A DNA stretch of 64,000 nt from a virus. Taxonomy: Duplodnaviria > Caudoviricetes. Each line of letters starts with the position of its first letter. The stretch's first letter is position 1. The notes under the pieces are model-generated. The model did not search any database and was not told where the DNA came from. It worked only from the letters and a program-made list of their open reading frames with translations. The position numbers and the translations under genes were made by a program. This document shows, piece by piece, positions 1 through 8,400 of the stretch. Where the stretch lies: IMG/VR virus record IMGVR_UViG_2974736276_000001, positions 111,775 to 175,774 of that record. The stretch is one strand, 5' to 3'.

Positions 1-180
1 AGCGTAAATCCTATCGAGAATTCCATTAACACCATTCTCAATTAGATCTAAAGCTGTTTGACGAGCCTTAAATGCTTTTGAGCTTTCATTGAAGGTGCGC
101 CTCACTTCTTTAAATGCAGTCTCTGAGCGAGTTGAACAACGCTGAAGACGATCATCACCAAAACCAAAATCACCAATCAT
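1..180 (-). CDS. hypothetical protein, 5' part (runs off the window)
   Basis: Manual translation from ATG at 180: MIGDFGFGDDRLQRCSTRSETAFKEVRR..., open to position 1, GAGG SD upstream. Confidence 0.55.
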   Translation of the reverse strand, partial: MIGDFGFGDDRLQRCSTRSETAFKEVRRTFNESSKAFKARQTALDLIENGVNGILDRIYA

Positions 181-188
181 AATAGCCT

Positions 189-530
189 CTACGCTTTAAT
201 CACGCGATATTCGAAAGTATTACGATGAGTCTTTCGAACTTCAAATTGAACTTTCATACCTACTGTAATCACGAGTACTTCGCGAATCTGTAGATCATAA
301 TCTTCTAAAGTATATCCACCAAGGATGTCTTTAATAATAGGGCGCATGATTAAAGAGCCACTTTTATAGAAGAATTCACGATCAAGCCCTGCACTGACTG
401 CAAGAATACCTGAAAAGTCGCTCAGCGATCGCCATTTGTTTAAACCGAGAGATGCACTAGTGAATTTAGAATTCATCATGTGCGTAAATGCAAATACAAA
501 ATGTGTTTTATCACGGGATAAGTATGTCAT
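189..530 (-). CDS. hypothetical protein
   Basis: 113-aa ORF overlapping the upstream ORF by 4 nt (ATGA coupling). Confidence 0.6.
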   Translation of the reverse strand: MTYLSRDKTHFVFAFTHMMNSKFTSASLGLNKWRSLSDFSGILAVSAGLDREFFYKSGSLIMRPIIKDILGGYTLEDYDLQIREVLVITVGMKVQFEVRKTHRNTFEYRVIKA

Positions 531-769
531 ACTAATTCCTTCATTCGTTTAATAAGTTCACCTAAGTGACCTGAGGAGGTTGTTAATCGACGGCGGTAGA
601 CTACCTTCGGACGCTCTTTCGATTTGTTTCGGGCGATCAGGACATCTGCTACGGCATCAGAAACATCCTGTGCAGATAGTCCACCAATTTGACGTGCGAT
701 TTCTTTAAAAGATAAACCAGATTCTTTTAAAGCATACATTTTTAATTTATCGCTATTTTTTAGAGGCAT
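527..769 (-). CDS. gp24.3-like small HTH protein
   Basis: KMYALKESGLSFKEIARQ...ERPKVVYRR resembles T4 24.3 as recalled; position between rnlB region and hoc. Confidence 0.6.
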   Translation of the reverse strand: MPLKNSDKLKMYALKESGLSFKEIARQIGGLSAQDVSDAVADVLIARNKSKERPKVVYRRRLTTSSGHLGELIKRMKELV

Positions 770-857
770 AAATTCCTAATCCAAAAATTAAAGAGGTGAT
801 AACAACACCGGACCAGAATTCTACATTATAAATCGCGTGAAGCAAAATATCCAACAT
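753..857 (-). CDS. small putative membrane protein (34 aa)
   Basis: Manual translation MLDILLHAIYNVEFWSGVVITSLIFGLGIYASKK; start overlaps the upstream stop codon. Confidence 0.45.
   Translation of the reverse strand: MLDILLHAIYNVEFWSGVVITSLIFGLGIYASKK
825..846 (-). promoter_or_regulatory. putative T4 middle promoter
   Basis: Minus strand TTTGCTTCACGCGATTTATAAT: MotA box plus TATAAT. Confidence 0.55.
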
Positions 858-1081
858 CATAAAGCCTCAACAATGATTTCTACTGAGACAACTTCGACTT
901 TTTCTTCATCTTTGATATAATGAGTTTCACCTGTAGTCAAATGAACACAATGCACCAAATCACCTTTTGAACCTGTGACCATGAAGATGTTGTTATTAAA
1001 ATCAAACTTTGCACCTTTAAGTAATTGGTGGGCAAATGTTGTTTGCAGCTTTTTACGATTATCAGTAATTTTAGTTGGCAT
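857..1081 (-). CDS. hypothetical protein
   Basis: Probable start MPTKITDN at 1081 after GAGG SD; coupled to neighbours. Confidence 0.55.
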   Translation of the reverse strand: MPTKITDNRKKLQTTFAHQLLKGAKFDFNNNIFMVTGSKGDLVHCVHLTTGETHYIKDEEKVEVVSVEIIVEAL

Positions 1082-1313
1082 TTTTAACCTCATAATAAGT
1101 AATAGCAAGAACGCCGTCCTGGAAATTGAAAGCATCAGACATAGTATTTTCCAGTCCCAACTTTTTCCAGAGTGCAACTTTAGCCTTTGCGTATTGAACC
1201 ATATAATCAAAATTATTAGGTTCATATTGTGATGCAGTCCAACATTCAACTAAAGTTTGTGCTTCAGGTGACATCACTACATCAATAAGAATAGGTTGTA
1301 ATCGCATCAGCAA
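1071..1313 (-). CDS. hypothetical protein
   Basis: 80-aa ORF with GGAG SD in an early gene cluster. Confidence 0.5.
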   Translation of the reverse strand: MLMRLQPILIDVVMSPEAQTLVECWTASQYEPNNFDYMVQYAKAKVALWKKLGLENTMSDAFNFQDGVLAITYYEVKNAN

Positions 1314-1344
1314 ATCTCCAAATGGCGGAATTCAACAGTAATCA

Positions 1345-1515
1345 TTATTTTTTAATCCAATTAATAGGAACAATTTCACTATACTTCTGTTGTTCTTCGG
1401 AGAAATGGTCAAGAAATAATGTCCAAGCAGCTTTTTCACTATTAAAGATGAAAAACGTTCCATCTTTCTTATTATGCCATATTCGACCAGTTCTTTTTGA
1501 GATTATTGCAAACAT
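1345..1515 (-). CDS. hypothetical protein
   Basis: Start MFAIISK at 1515 after GGAG SD. Confidence 0.5.
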   Translation of the reverse strand: MFAIISKRTGRIWHNKKDGTFFIFNSEKAAWTLFLDHFSEEQQKYSEIVPINWIKK

Positions 1516-1829
1516 AATTTCTCCACAAATGCCCATTCAGCGTGATATACAGTTGCGCCTTTAATGTCACTGAGCATTTCAGTTCCGACTGGTGCAACCA
1601 CACGATAAAGTACAGGCTCTCCGCCAATTGACCGAGCTGCTCGACCTGCATAGATTTTTGCCAGACCTAAGTCTTCTGTGAAGAACACTCGGTCCAAATT
1701 TTTCTTACGGCCCGTTTCACTGAGAGTTTGGGTTGTAGATGGTGGAAGAAGCATATCCTTGATACCTGCTACAGTACAAGAACCATGATAAAAGACCTTT
1801 GCTTCTTTCCGACAGTGAATGGTTTCCAT
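1503..1829 (-). CDS. Arr-like (H-Y clade) ADP-ribosyltransferase domain protein
   Basis: FYHGS ... LLPP ... RVFFTEDLGLAKIYA ... VLYRV motif pattern of rifampin-ART (Arr)-like enzymes; GGAGG SD; directly after an early promoter. Confidence 0.6.
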   Translation of the reverse strand: METIHCRKEAKVFYHGSCTVAGIKDMLLPPSTTQTLSETGRKKNLDRVFFTEDLGLAKIYAGRAARSIGGEPVLYRVVAPVGTEMLSDIKGATVYHAEWAFVEKLCLQ

Positions 1830-1856
1830 AAGTTCCTCCGTTGTTGCTATGAGAGT

Positions 1857-1886
1857 ATCTTAACACCATCACTCTAGAAAGTAAAC
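1857..1886 (-). promoter_or_regulatory. T4-type early promoter
   Basis: GTTTAC-18 nt-TAAGAT on minus strand. Confidence 0.8.
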
Positions 1887-1896
1887 AGCTAAAATG

Positions 1897-1923
1897 AAAA
1901 AAGCCTCAACCGAAGTTGAGGCT
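1897..1923 (-). terminator. Rho-independent terminator ending the hoc/depolymerase operon
   Basis: AGCCTCAAC-TTCG-GTTGAGGCT followed by a T run. Confidence 0.85.
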
Positions 1924-1928
1924 ATTAA

Positions 1929-4709
1929 TTACGATGTTACAGTGACAGTTGTTACACCACCATAAGTTGTTGCGCCAGTACCACCTGCACCGTTAGGAGA
2001 ACGAACTGCAAGACGATATTGACCAGCATCTGCTGCAGCCATGCTCGCTTTGGTTAACGTCTGAGCTGTTGCGCCAGATACGTTTGTCCAAGTTGAACCA
2101 TTATCAGAAGAGAACTGCCATTGCTGAGAAATTACATCAGTAACGACTGTAGTCAATGTTAATGTTGCACCTGCAGCTACTGAAGCTGTTGCCGGGTTCG
2201 CAGTCGTAAAGACTGGTTTCCAAGCAAATACTGGCCATGCCATTTCCTGACCGTTGATGCTAATACGTTCCCAACGCTGAATGTTCGGTAGAACCGGTTC
2301 ATTCAAGAATTGCGCATCAGTAGCAACAGTAGTCAACGTGGTATTCACTGCCGCAGTACTTGCAGTAGCGATTGCAGCTACAGTACCAGAAGCACCGAAA
2401 CCTGCAGAACCTGTGTTGAAGTTAAAGCGACCAGTAACTGCGTTCAGACCAGGTGAACCTGCCTGAGTAATGCCCGATGGAACGTATTCGGCAGGGATAC
2501 CCGCTTCATCACGATGTAAACCAGTTGCTTCAACAAACACTGTTACTTCACCAGCACGAGGACGAATAGAAACCCAAACTGCAGGAATTATATCGTTAGT
2601 CGTTTGTGTCTGATATTGAACACCGCTGATTGGACCTTGACCTTCAGAATACCAAGAAATTTTCGGTGTACCACCTGTACCACGACCGATGTTAATTGTC
2701 GCTTCACCTTGAAGGTAATCGCCTGTAATATTCTGAGTAGTTGAAGTGTTATAGTAAATACCACCTAAAACACGTGCTCTGAAGAATCCACCATTCGTTG
2801 GGTTACGGAATGAACCTAAGTTCAGGTACAACGTGTTATCAGTGTTGTTGGTTACACGAATTGGTCCACGTGTCCATTTAGCAACGACTGGGCAGTTGAA
2901 GTACGCACCGTAGTTCTGAAGAGTCCATGAACCTTGATCGTAACCACCAGTCCAAGCTGTGATAGCTGAACCATCTGGGTTTTTCGGATAACTATTCCAA
3001 GAACCAGAAGTAGGCGAGAATGAATCAAAGTTATTACCAGTCGGAACTGATTTGGTGATGCAAGTGTATTTGGTGTACCATAGAATCGGGTTATCAATAC
3101 AGTCTTCAACACAAACCATGCTCAAGTCCCATTGACCGTTGTTAATGTCAAATGGACATACGCCGTGTTCGAACCAGCAGTTACGCATGATTGCCTGTGC
3201 AGTTCTCGGTGCCCAAATAGCAGGAGCCATTGGATTTGAGAAGTTACAGTTGCTGAACACAATAGATGTTGAGTGATCCCAAGCACCGTATGTTTGACCC
3301 GACCAACCGATCTGGAATACAGGACCCGCTGTCAATGAACTGAAGATATTATCTGCAGTGCTGTCAAGTGTATCAAGCAAATAGAACATGTAAGAACCAG
3401 TGTTAATTGCTTGAATGTTTTCATACTTACCGAAACATCCGCCCGGACATTGGTTGCTCAAGAATGGCTGAGTATTACTCGCTGTATCGTTGAACACACC
3501 TTTAGTTGCACCGACTAGCATCTTAGTTGTAGTATCTTGTGCTACAGTCTGCTGTCCATTCCAGATTAAATCACGAACTGTCAAACGACGATGGTTCACA
3601 AGGAACACAGGCGAAGTTGATTTATCCGAAATAATCGTAGTTTGAATTTGACGACCGGATTCTACAGGAGCACCTTTAATTACAAGACCACTTGCAGCGT
3701 AATATCCTGATGGGTTAAACACTGCGTCAGCAGCACCATCAGCAACTTTAGCACCGTATTTGGTATATTCTGCCGGCTTCATGAAATACGTACCAGTGTT
3801 GAACTGGATTGGTAAAGTGAATCCTTTATTACCTACACGAGATTGAGCATATGATGAAACCACGAAATCTAGGTTCAATTTAAATGCAGGCTGAGCATCG
3901 GTAACACCGTCAGCTACACCACCGAAATCTGCGATAGTTAAATCTTGTAGAAGTTTATCACGAGTCCAATAACCTGTTCCGGCTTTGATTACAACACCGC
4001 CGTCATCTGTTGCAGAACCAGTTTTGGTACCAATAAACCAACCTGCGCCTTCTGGGCGGAAAACTGCTAGTGATGAAGGAGTGTGAACTTTCAGATAAAC
4101 ACGTTCACCGTCTGCTGCAGGTTGACGTGCACGAAGAGCAGTGATATTCGCTACACCATTAACAGAATTCAACAATGAAGTAGTATTCGTGTTTGCTGTA
4201 TTAGCATTGGTTGTCGCAGTAGCAGCTGCAGATTTAGCATCTGCTGCATCAGTTTTAGCTGAGCTAATGTCTGAAGTATTTTTACTTACATCAGTCTGCA
4301 TATTAGTAACTTTTGTATCAAGTCCACTAACTTGTGTAGTCAGTTGAGTTACTTTAGTCGCAGACGCATCAGCGCTATCTTTGGCAGCTTGAATTTGAAT
4401 AGCTTGTGCTTTGACTTGATTATCAAGAGCAGTGATATTCGTATTAATTCCCGCAACATCAGAGAAAGCAATACCAAACAATACGCCTTTAGATCCGTCA
4501 CTCAATTCAAACTGAATGTCATAACCACCATTACCTGCAGCAAATTCAAAGAATCCACTTGTATCAGATATCAATGGGTTTGTAATTTTTGCTTCGGCAC
4601 GGTTATATAAATCCGCAAGAGTAGTAGTACCCTGCTTATAAACATAGACCTTAGCCCCTGGGACAATTGCACCGGTTTTGCTCGTCGATACAAAGCTTTT
4701 AATTTCCAT
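1929..4709 (-). CDS. tailspike / EPS-depolymerase-like protein with C-terminal Ig-like domain
   Basis: N-terminal tailspike-type anchor (PGAKVYVYKQGTTTLADLY..NPL.SD..G.F.F); coiled coil ~aa 85-185; DFGGVADGVTD..PAF pectate-lyase-like beta-helix entry motif; C-terminal Ig repeat (QWQFSSDNGSTWTNVSGAT...DAGQYRL). Resembles putative EPS depolymerases of Erwinia phages as recalled. Confidence 0.75.
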   Translation of the reverse strand: MEIKSFVSTSKTGAIVPGAKVYVYKQGTTTLADLYNRAEAKITNPLISDTSGFFEFAAGNGGYDIQFELSDGSKGVLFGIAFSDVAGINTNITALDNQVKAQAIQIQAAKDSADASATKVTQLTTQVSGLDTKVTNMQTDVSKNTSDISSAKTDAADAKSAAATATTNANTANTNTTSLLNSVNGVANITALRARQPAADGERVYLKVHTPSSLAVFRPEGAGWFIGTKTGSATDDGGVVIKAGTGYWTRDKLLQDLTIADFGGVADGVTDAQPAFKLNLDFVVSSYAQSRVGNKGFTLPIQFNTGTYFMKPAEYTKYGAKVADGAADAVFNPSGYYAASGLVIKGAPVESGRQIQTTIISDKSTSPVFLVNHRRLTVRDLIWNGQQTVAQDTTTKMLVGATKGVFNDTASNTQPFLSNQCPGGCFGKYENIQAINTGSYMFYLLDTLDSTADNIFSSLTAGPVFQIGWSGQTYGAWDHSTSIVFSNCNFSNPMAPAIWAPRTAQAIMRNCWFEHGVCPFDINNGQWDLSMVCVEDCIDNPILWYTKYTCITKSVPTGNNFDSFSPTSGSWNSYPKNPDGSAITAWTGGYDQGSWTLQNYGAYFNCPVVAKWTRGPIRVTNNTDNTLYLNLGSFRNPTNGGFFRARVLGGIYYNTSTTQNITGDYLQGEATINIGRGTGGTPKISWYSEGQGPISGVQYQTQTTNDIIPAVWVSIRPRAGEVTVFVEATGLHRDEAGIPAEYVPSGITQAGSPGLNAVTGRFNFNTGSAGFGASGTVAAIATASTAAVNTTLTTVATDAQFLNEPVLPNIQRWERISINGQEMAWPVFAWKPVFTTANPATASVAAGATLTLTTVVTDVISQQWQFSSDNGSTWTNVSGATAQTLTKASMAAADAGQYRLAVRSPNGAGGTGATTYGGVTTVTVTS

Positions 4710-4718
4710 ACCTTTCCT

Positions 4719-5072
4719 TTATATTACTATTTTCAACGGATCAATGTATACTAAATTCACTAAATCAGGCACAGGCCATTCACCAGTCCCGCCAAGACCA
4801 ACATTCTCTGGAATGTAATTTTCCCACATTGCAAAATATTCGTCTTCTATTTCTTGTTTGTTAAAGATGTATCCGCTTAATATCTCTTTAACATTCAGTT
4901 CATCATAATTTTTGAAAGCTTCAGACAACATGAATAATTCGCCTGGGTATTTCAACTGATTATACTGGGTTTTCCAATCAATTCCAAGTGATTTTGCCCT
5001 AATGGTTTCATTAAGAACAGGAAAACTTGTGATTGTACTTCCGACAGTTTTAGCTTTGATTATCGCAACCAT
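4719..5072 (-). CDS. degenerate Hoc C-terminal (capsid-binding) domain paralogue 3
   Basis: IRAKSLGIDWKT...ELFMLSEAFKNYDELNVKEILSGYIFNKQEIE aligns by eye with the two upstream hoc-like ORFs. Confidence 0.7.
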   Translation of the reverse strand: MVAIIKAKTVGSTITSFPVLNETIRAKSLGIDWKTQYNQLKYPGELFMLSEAFKNYDELNVKEILSGYIFNKQEIEDEYFAMWENYIPENVGLGGTGEWPVPDLVNLVYIDPLKIVI

Positions 5073-5116
5073 ACGAGTTCCTTTCTTATTTAATAGGTCT
5101 TGACGGCTTCTATTTA

Positions 5117-5503
5117 TTACATAACTATTAGTGCCATCGGATTAATGTAAATTACACTATCTGGCTCAGGGTCGGGACCGGGCGGGGTAGGGTCTTCATC
5201 TTTGGGAAGATGAGGGGTTGGATACGTATTAAAATCAAAATCATAGTAAATATAGCCAGATTCAATTTGTTCCTTATTGAAAATGTATCCATTTAAAGAT
5301 TCTTGTACTTCAACTTCGTCATATAACTCAAACATTTCTGCAAGAGTATAGAGATCAGATGAATATTGCAATTCATTATATTTTGTTTTCCAGTCGATAT
5401 TGAGATATCTAGCTCTCATTATCTCAATGATAACCCACCAACCTACTCGAAGAAATCCAGTCTTTCGGTTGGGTAGATCATGAATATAGCGTAACTCTAC
5501 CAT
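5117..5503 (-). CDS. Hoc C-terminal domain paralogue 2 with Pro-rich tail
   Basis: YIHDLPNR..F..VGWWV..EI.RA....IDWK...EVQESLNGY Hoc capsid-binding motif; no Ig domain. Confidence 0.8.
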   Translation of the reverse strand: MVELRYIHDLPNRKTGFLRVGWWVIIEIMRARYLNIDWKTKYNELQYSSDLYTLAEMFELYDEVEVQESLNGYIFNKEQIESGYIYYDFDFNTYPTPHLPKDEDPTPPGPDPEPDSVIYINPMALIVM

Positions 5504-5518
5504 AATCTACCCTTAATA

Positions 5519-6052
5519 TTAGCTCAGTGCGTATCCAGCTTCTACCTGATCTTTACCCCAAACATATCCATTACGAGATTCTTGTACTTCCGGATTAGGG
5601 TAGTCTTCAAACATCTTAGCTAATGTAAGCAGTTCGCGTTTGTAGTTCAATGGATCTGGCGCAGATTTCCAATCAAGACCTAATTCGCCTGCACGATGGA
5701 TTTCATTAATTACCCACCAACCAACTTGAATAAATGCAGCATCGCGTTGTGGCAATGGATGAACATAAGCGAATCCACCTTCTGGCGTAGGAATTACTTT
5801 TTCTTCAACAGCAAGAACAACTGCATCGGAAGTTTCAGTATCACCGCCAGAAAGAGTAGCAATTACAGTATACGAACCGGCGTCCGATTCTTTTACAGAA
5901 GCAATATCAAATGTAGCAGTAGGACTCGATGCTAGTTGTGTATTTCCTTTTTTGAACTCGTAATTAGTATATGCACCATCTCCTGAAGCTGTTAGCTTAA
6001 CGGCATCACCGACAGTAGCAGGGTTTTTCGAGATTGCTAAAGTAATAGCCAT
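5519..6052 (-). CDS. hoc: Hoc head outer capsid protein (one Ig domain plus capsid-binding domain)
   Basis: Ig-like N-terminus (DAGSYTV); YVHPLPQR..VGWWV...EVQESRNGY; downstream of inh as in T4. Confidence 0.88.
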   Translation of the reverse strand: MAITLAISKNPATVGDAVKLTASGDGAYTNYEFKKGNTQLASSPTATFDIASVKESDAGSYTVIATLSGGDTETSDAVVLAVEEKVIPTPEGGFAYVHPLPQRDAAFIQVGWWVINEIHRAGELGLDWKSAPDPLNYKRELLTLAKMFEDYPNPEVQESRNGYVWGKDQVEAGYALS

Positions 6053-6065
6053 TTGTTCTCCTTGA

Positions 6066-6085
6066 AAAGGCCTTTCGGCCTTTTA
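6066..6085 (-). terminator. hairpin/terminator between inh and hoc
   Basis: AAAAGGCC-GAAA-GGCCTTTT. Confidence 0.6.
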
Positions 6086-6820
6086 TTATTTTAATGTAAC
6101 GAATGATGAATTACGTGTTTCTCTAATGATTACAGAGCCATCACGTTTAATGTAATACAAGAGCGTTAGCAATGTATCATGGGCAGTCGGGTGAGGGAAA
6201 TCTAAAGGACGTTCTTTCCAGTCTTCATTCTCTGAAACCCATTGGTAAATCCACCAAGGCAGTGTCATATAACCAGGTGAACGACCTAATAGTGAAATTC
6301 GTGGTGAATAGTTTTCGGGCAATTGATATACAGATTCATCAGCTTTGATTTGTTCAATTGCTTCTTCGATAGTGTTATCGTTCAACGAATCTACTTGCTT
6401 GAATTCGTAGCCATGAGAAGCAGCAGCTTCTTTAATATGATCAGGAATCTCAGTCACAAGTGGTTCACTGAAAATAATTTTTGGCTCATCTACCTTAACG
6501 ATCTCAATTACTTTTTGAGAGTCTTCACCGATAGAATCAATCAAGAGTTTAGCTTCAGCTGGTGCTTCCTGGAATACAGCTGTTCCATCATTTTCGTCTG
6601 ATGCTTGAATAAGATCGGCGATGGAGACGCCTTCATTATCTTCAGGTAGTGGTTCATCAGCGAGCCTGGCTAATTCCTGTTCTAGATCAGTCAACATATT
6701 GTCGAATGATTTAGTTTTCTTCAGGTCTACGTTAAACGTTTGACCATATTCTGCGAGTTTAGATTTTGCTTCTTTGTTGTCTAGTGCACGCAGTTCTTCA
6801 ATATAAGCTTTATCGATCAT
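6086..6820 (-). CDS. inh: Inh, inhibitor of prohead protease / minor capsid protein
   Basis: MIDKAYIEELRAL..KEAK.KL.EY start; C-terminal LPWWIYQW...IRETRNSSF; divergent from uvsW. Confidence 0.92.
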   Translation of the reverse strand: MIDKAYIEELRALDNKEAKSKLAEYGQTFNVDLKKTKSFDNMLTDLEQELARLADEPLPEDNEGVSIADLIQASDENDGTAVFQEAPAEAKLLIDSIGEDSQKVIEIVKVDEPKIIFSEPLVTEIPDHIKEAAASHGYEFKQVDSLNDNTIEEAIEQIKADESVYQLPENYSPRISLLGRSPGYMTLPWWIYQWVSENEDWKERPLDFPHPTAHDTLLTLLYYIKRDGSVIIRETRNSSFVTLK

Positions 6821-6850
6821 AGGAACCTCGAGGTATAATTTAAAAACGTG

Positions 6851-6878
6851 TATAAATATAATTGTACTAATATTTATA
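6851..6878. promoter_or_regulatory. late promoters for uvsW (+) and inh (-)
   Basis: TATAAATA at 6851-6858 (+) and TATTTATA at 6871-6878 (-). Confidence 0.8.
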
Positions 6879-6892
6879 AGGCAATGATTAAG

Positions 6893-8398
6893 ATGATAGA
6901 CATCTCCGTACATTTTAAAGATCACTCACATGTATTCATTGAATGTGAGGATTCAGTTTTCTTTGAACTAAAAGACTATTTCTCATTTGAAGCTGATGGC
7001 TACAAATTCAACCCAAAATACAAATACGGCCAATGGGATGGAAGAATTCGACTGTTAGATAATAATCGCATGCTCCCTTATGGCTTAGCAAGTTATATCA
7101 AAAAATTTGCTGATAACATGGGCTACAAAGTTTGGATTGATCCGAACGTTTTACAACCAACTGAATTATCTAAAGAAGAATTCGATCAGTGGTTGAGCTC
7201 AAAAGAAATTTACTCGGGCAACACTGTCATTAAGCCTCACTGGTACCAAGAAGCTGCAGTATACGAAGGACTCGTTCATCGTCGCAGAATTCTTAACTTA
7301 CCTACTTCTGCGGGTAAATCATTGATTCAGTGTTTGTTAGCCCGTTATTATCTTGAACATTATCAGGGTAAAGTTTTAATTCTCGTTCCTACCACTGCAT
7401 TGGTTGACCAAATGATCAATGATTTCGTTGATTATCGACTATTTCCTCGTGGTGCAATGCTAGGAATTCGTGGTGGTACTCAACGTGATTCAGATGCACT
7501 GATCTATGTATCTACATGGCAGACAGCAGTGAAACAATCGAAAGAGTGGTTTGCTCAATTCGGTATGTTGATGAACGACGAGTGTCATCTGGCGACAGGT
7601 AAATCAATCTCTACCATCGTCGGTGGAATGAATGATTGCCCATATAAATTTGGATTGTCTGGTTCGCTGAAAGACGGTAAAGCTAACGTCATGCAGTACA
7701 TCGGATTATTCGGTGAAATATATAAGCCTGTGTCTACTTCTCAGTTAATGGAAGATGGACAAGTTACTGATCTGAAGATTAATTCTATTTTCCTTCGTTA
7801 TCCAGACAATATCACTACTGCGATGAAAGGAAAGACTTATCAAGAAGAAATTAAATTCATTCAGAAGGCAAAGAAACGAAATAAGTGGGTAGCTCAATTA
7901 TCTACTAAGCTCGCAGCTCGAAAAGAGAACGTGTTCTTGATGTTTAAGAATGCTGAGCACGGTAAAGAACTATTCCAGATGGTTAAAGATCTTGGTCATG
8001 AAAAAGTGTATTTTGTTAACGGTGAAGTTAATACCGAAACACGAAATGCATTAAAAGAAATGGCTGAAAATAATTCAGGAATCATTGTAGTAGCATCATA
8101 CGGTGTATTCTCTACGGGTATCAGTGTCAAAAACTTACATCACGTTATTTTTGCTCACCCGGTAAAATCAAAGATAATCGTTCTTCAGACAATCGGTCGT
8201 GTACTGCGTAAGCATGGTACTAAATCTATTGCTACTGTGTGGGACATTATCGATGATATGGGTGTCAAGCCTAAATCAGCAAATGCCAAGAAAAAATATG
8301 TGCATTTGAACTATGCATTGAAACATGCATTAGAACGTATTCAGCGTTATGCTGAAGAGAAATTTAACTACGTTATGAAAACAATCGAGTTGGGGTAA
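6893..8398 (+). CDS. uvsW: UvsW RNA-DNA/DNA helicase
   Basis: SF2 motifs PTSAGKS, DECH, QTIGRVLR; probable start MIDISVHF (6884 is an alternative). Confidence 0.97.
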   Translation: MIDISVHFKDHSHVFIECEDSVFFELKDYFSFEADGYKFNPKYKYGQWDGRIRLLDNNRMLPYGLASYIKKFADNMGYKVWIDPNVLQPTELSKEEFDQWLSSKEIYSGNTVIKPHWYQEAAVYEGLVHRRRILNLPTSAGKSLIQCLLARYYLEHYQGKVLILVPTTALVDQMINDFVDYRLFPRGAMLGIRGGTQRDSDALIYVSTWQTAVKQSKEWFAQFGMLMNDECHLATGKSISTIVGGMNDCPYKFGLSGSLKDGKANVMQYIGLFGEIYKPVSTSQLMEDGQVTDLKINSIFLRYPDNITTAMKGKTYQEEIKFIQKAKKRNKWVAQLSTKLAARKENVFLMFKNAEHGKELFQMVKDLGHEKVYFVNGEVNTETRNALKEMAENNSGIIVVASYGVFSTGISVKNLHHVIFAHPVKSKIIVLQTIGRVLRKHGTKSIATVWDIIDDMGVKPKSANAKKKYVHLNYALKHALERIQRYAEEKFNYVMKTIELG

Positions 8399-8400
8399 AA

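Noticed and set aside
6086-6300. Hoc-like C-terminus of Inh (ETRNS) as a novel fourth Hoc copy
   Set aside because: This C-terminal segment is a normal part of T4-family Inh
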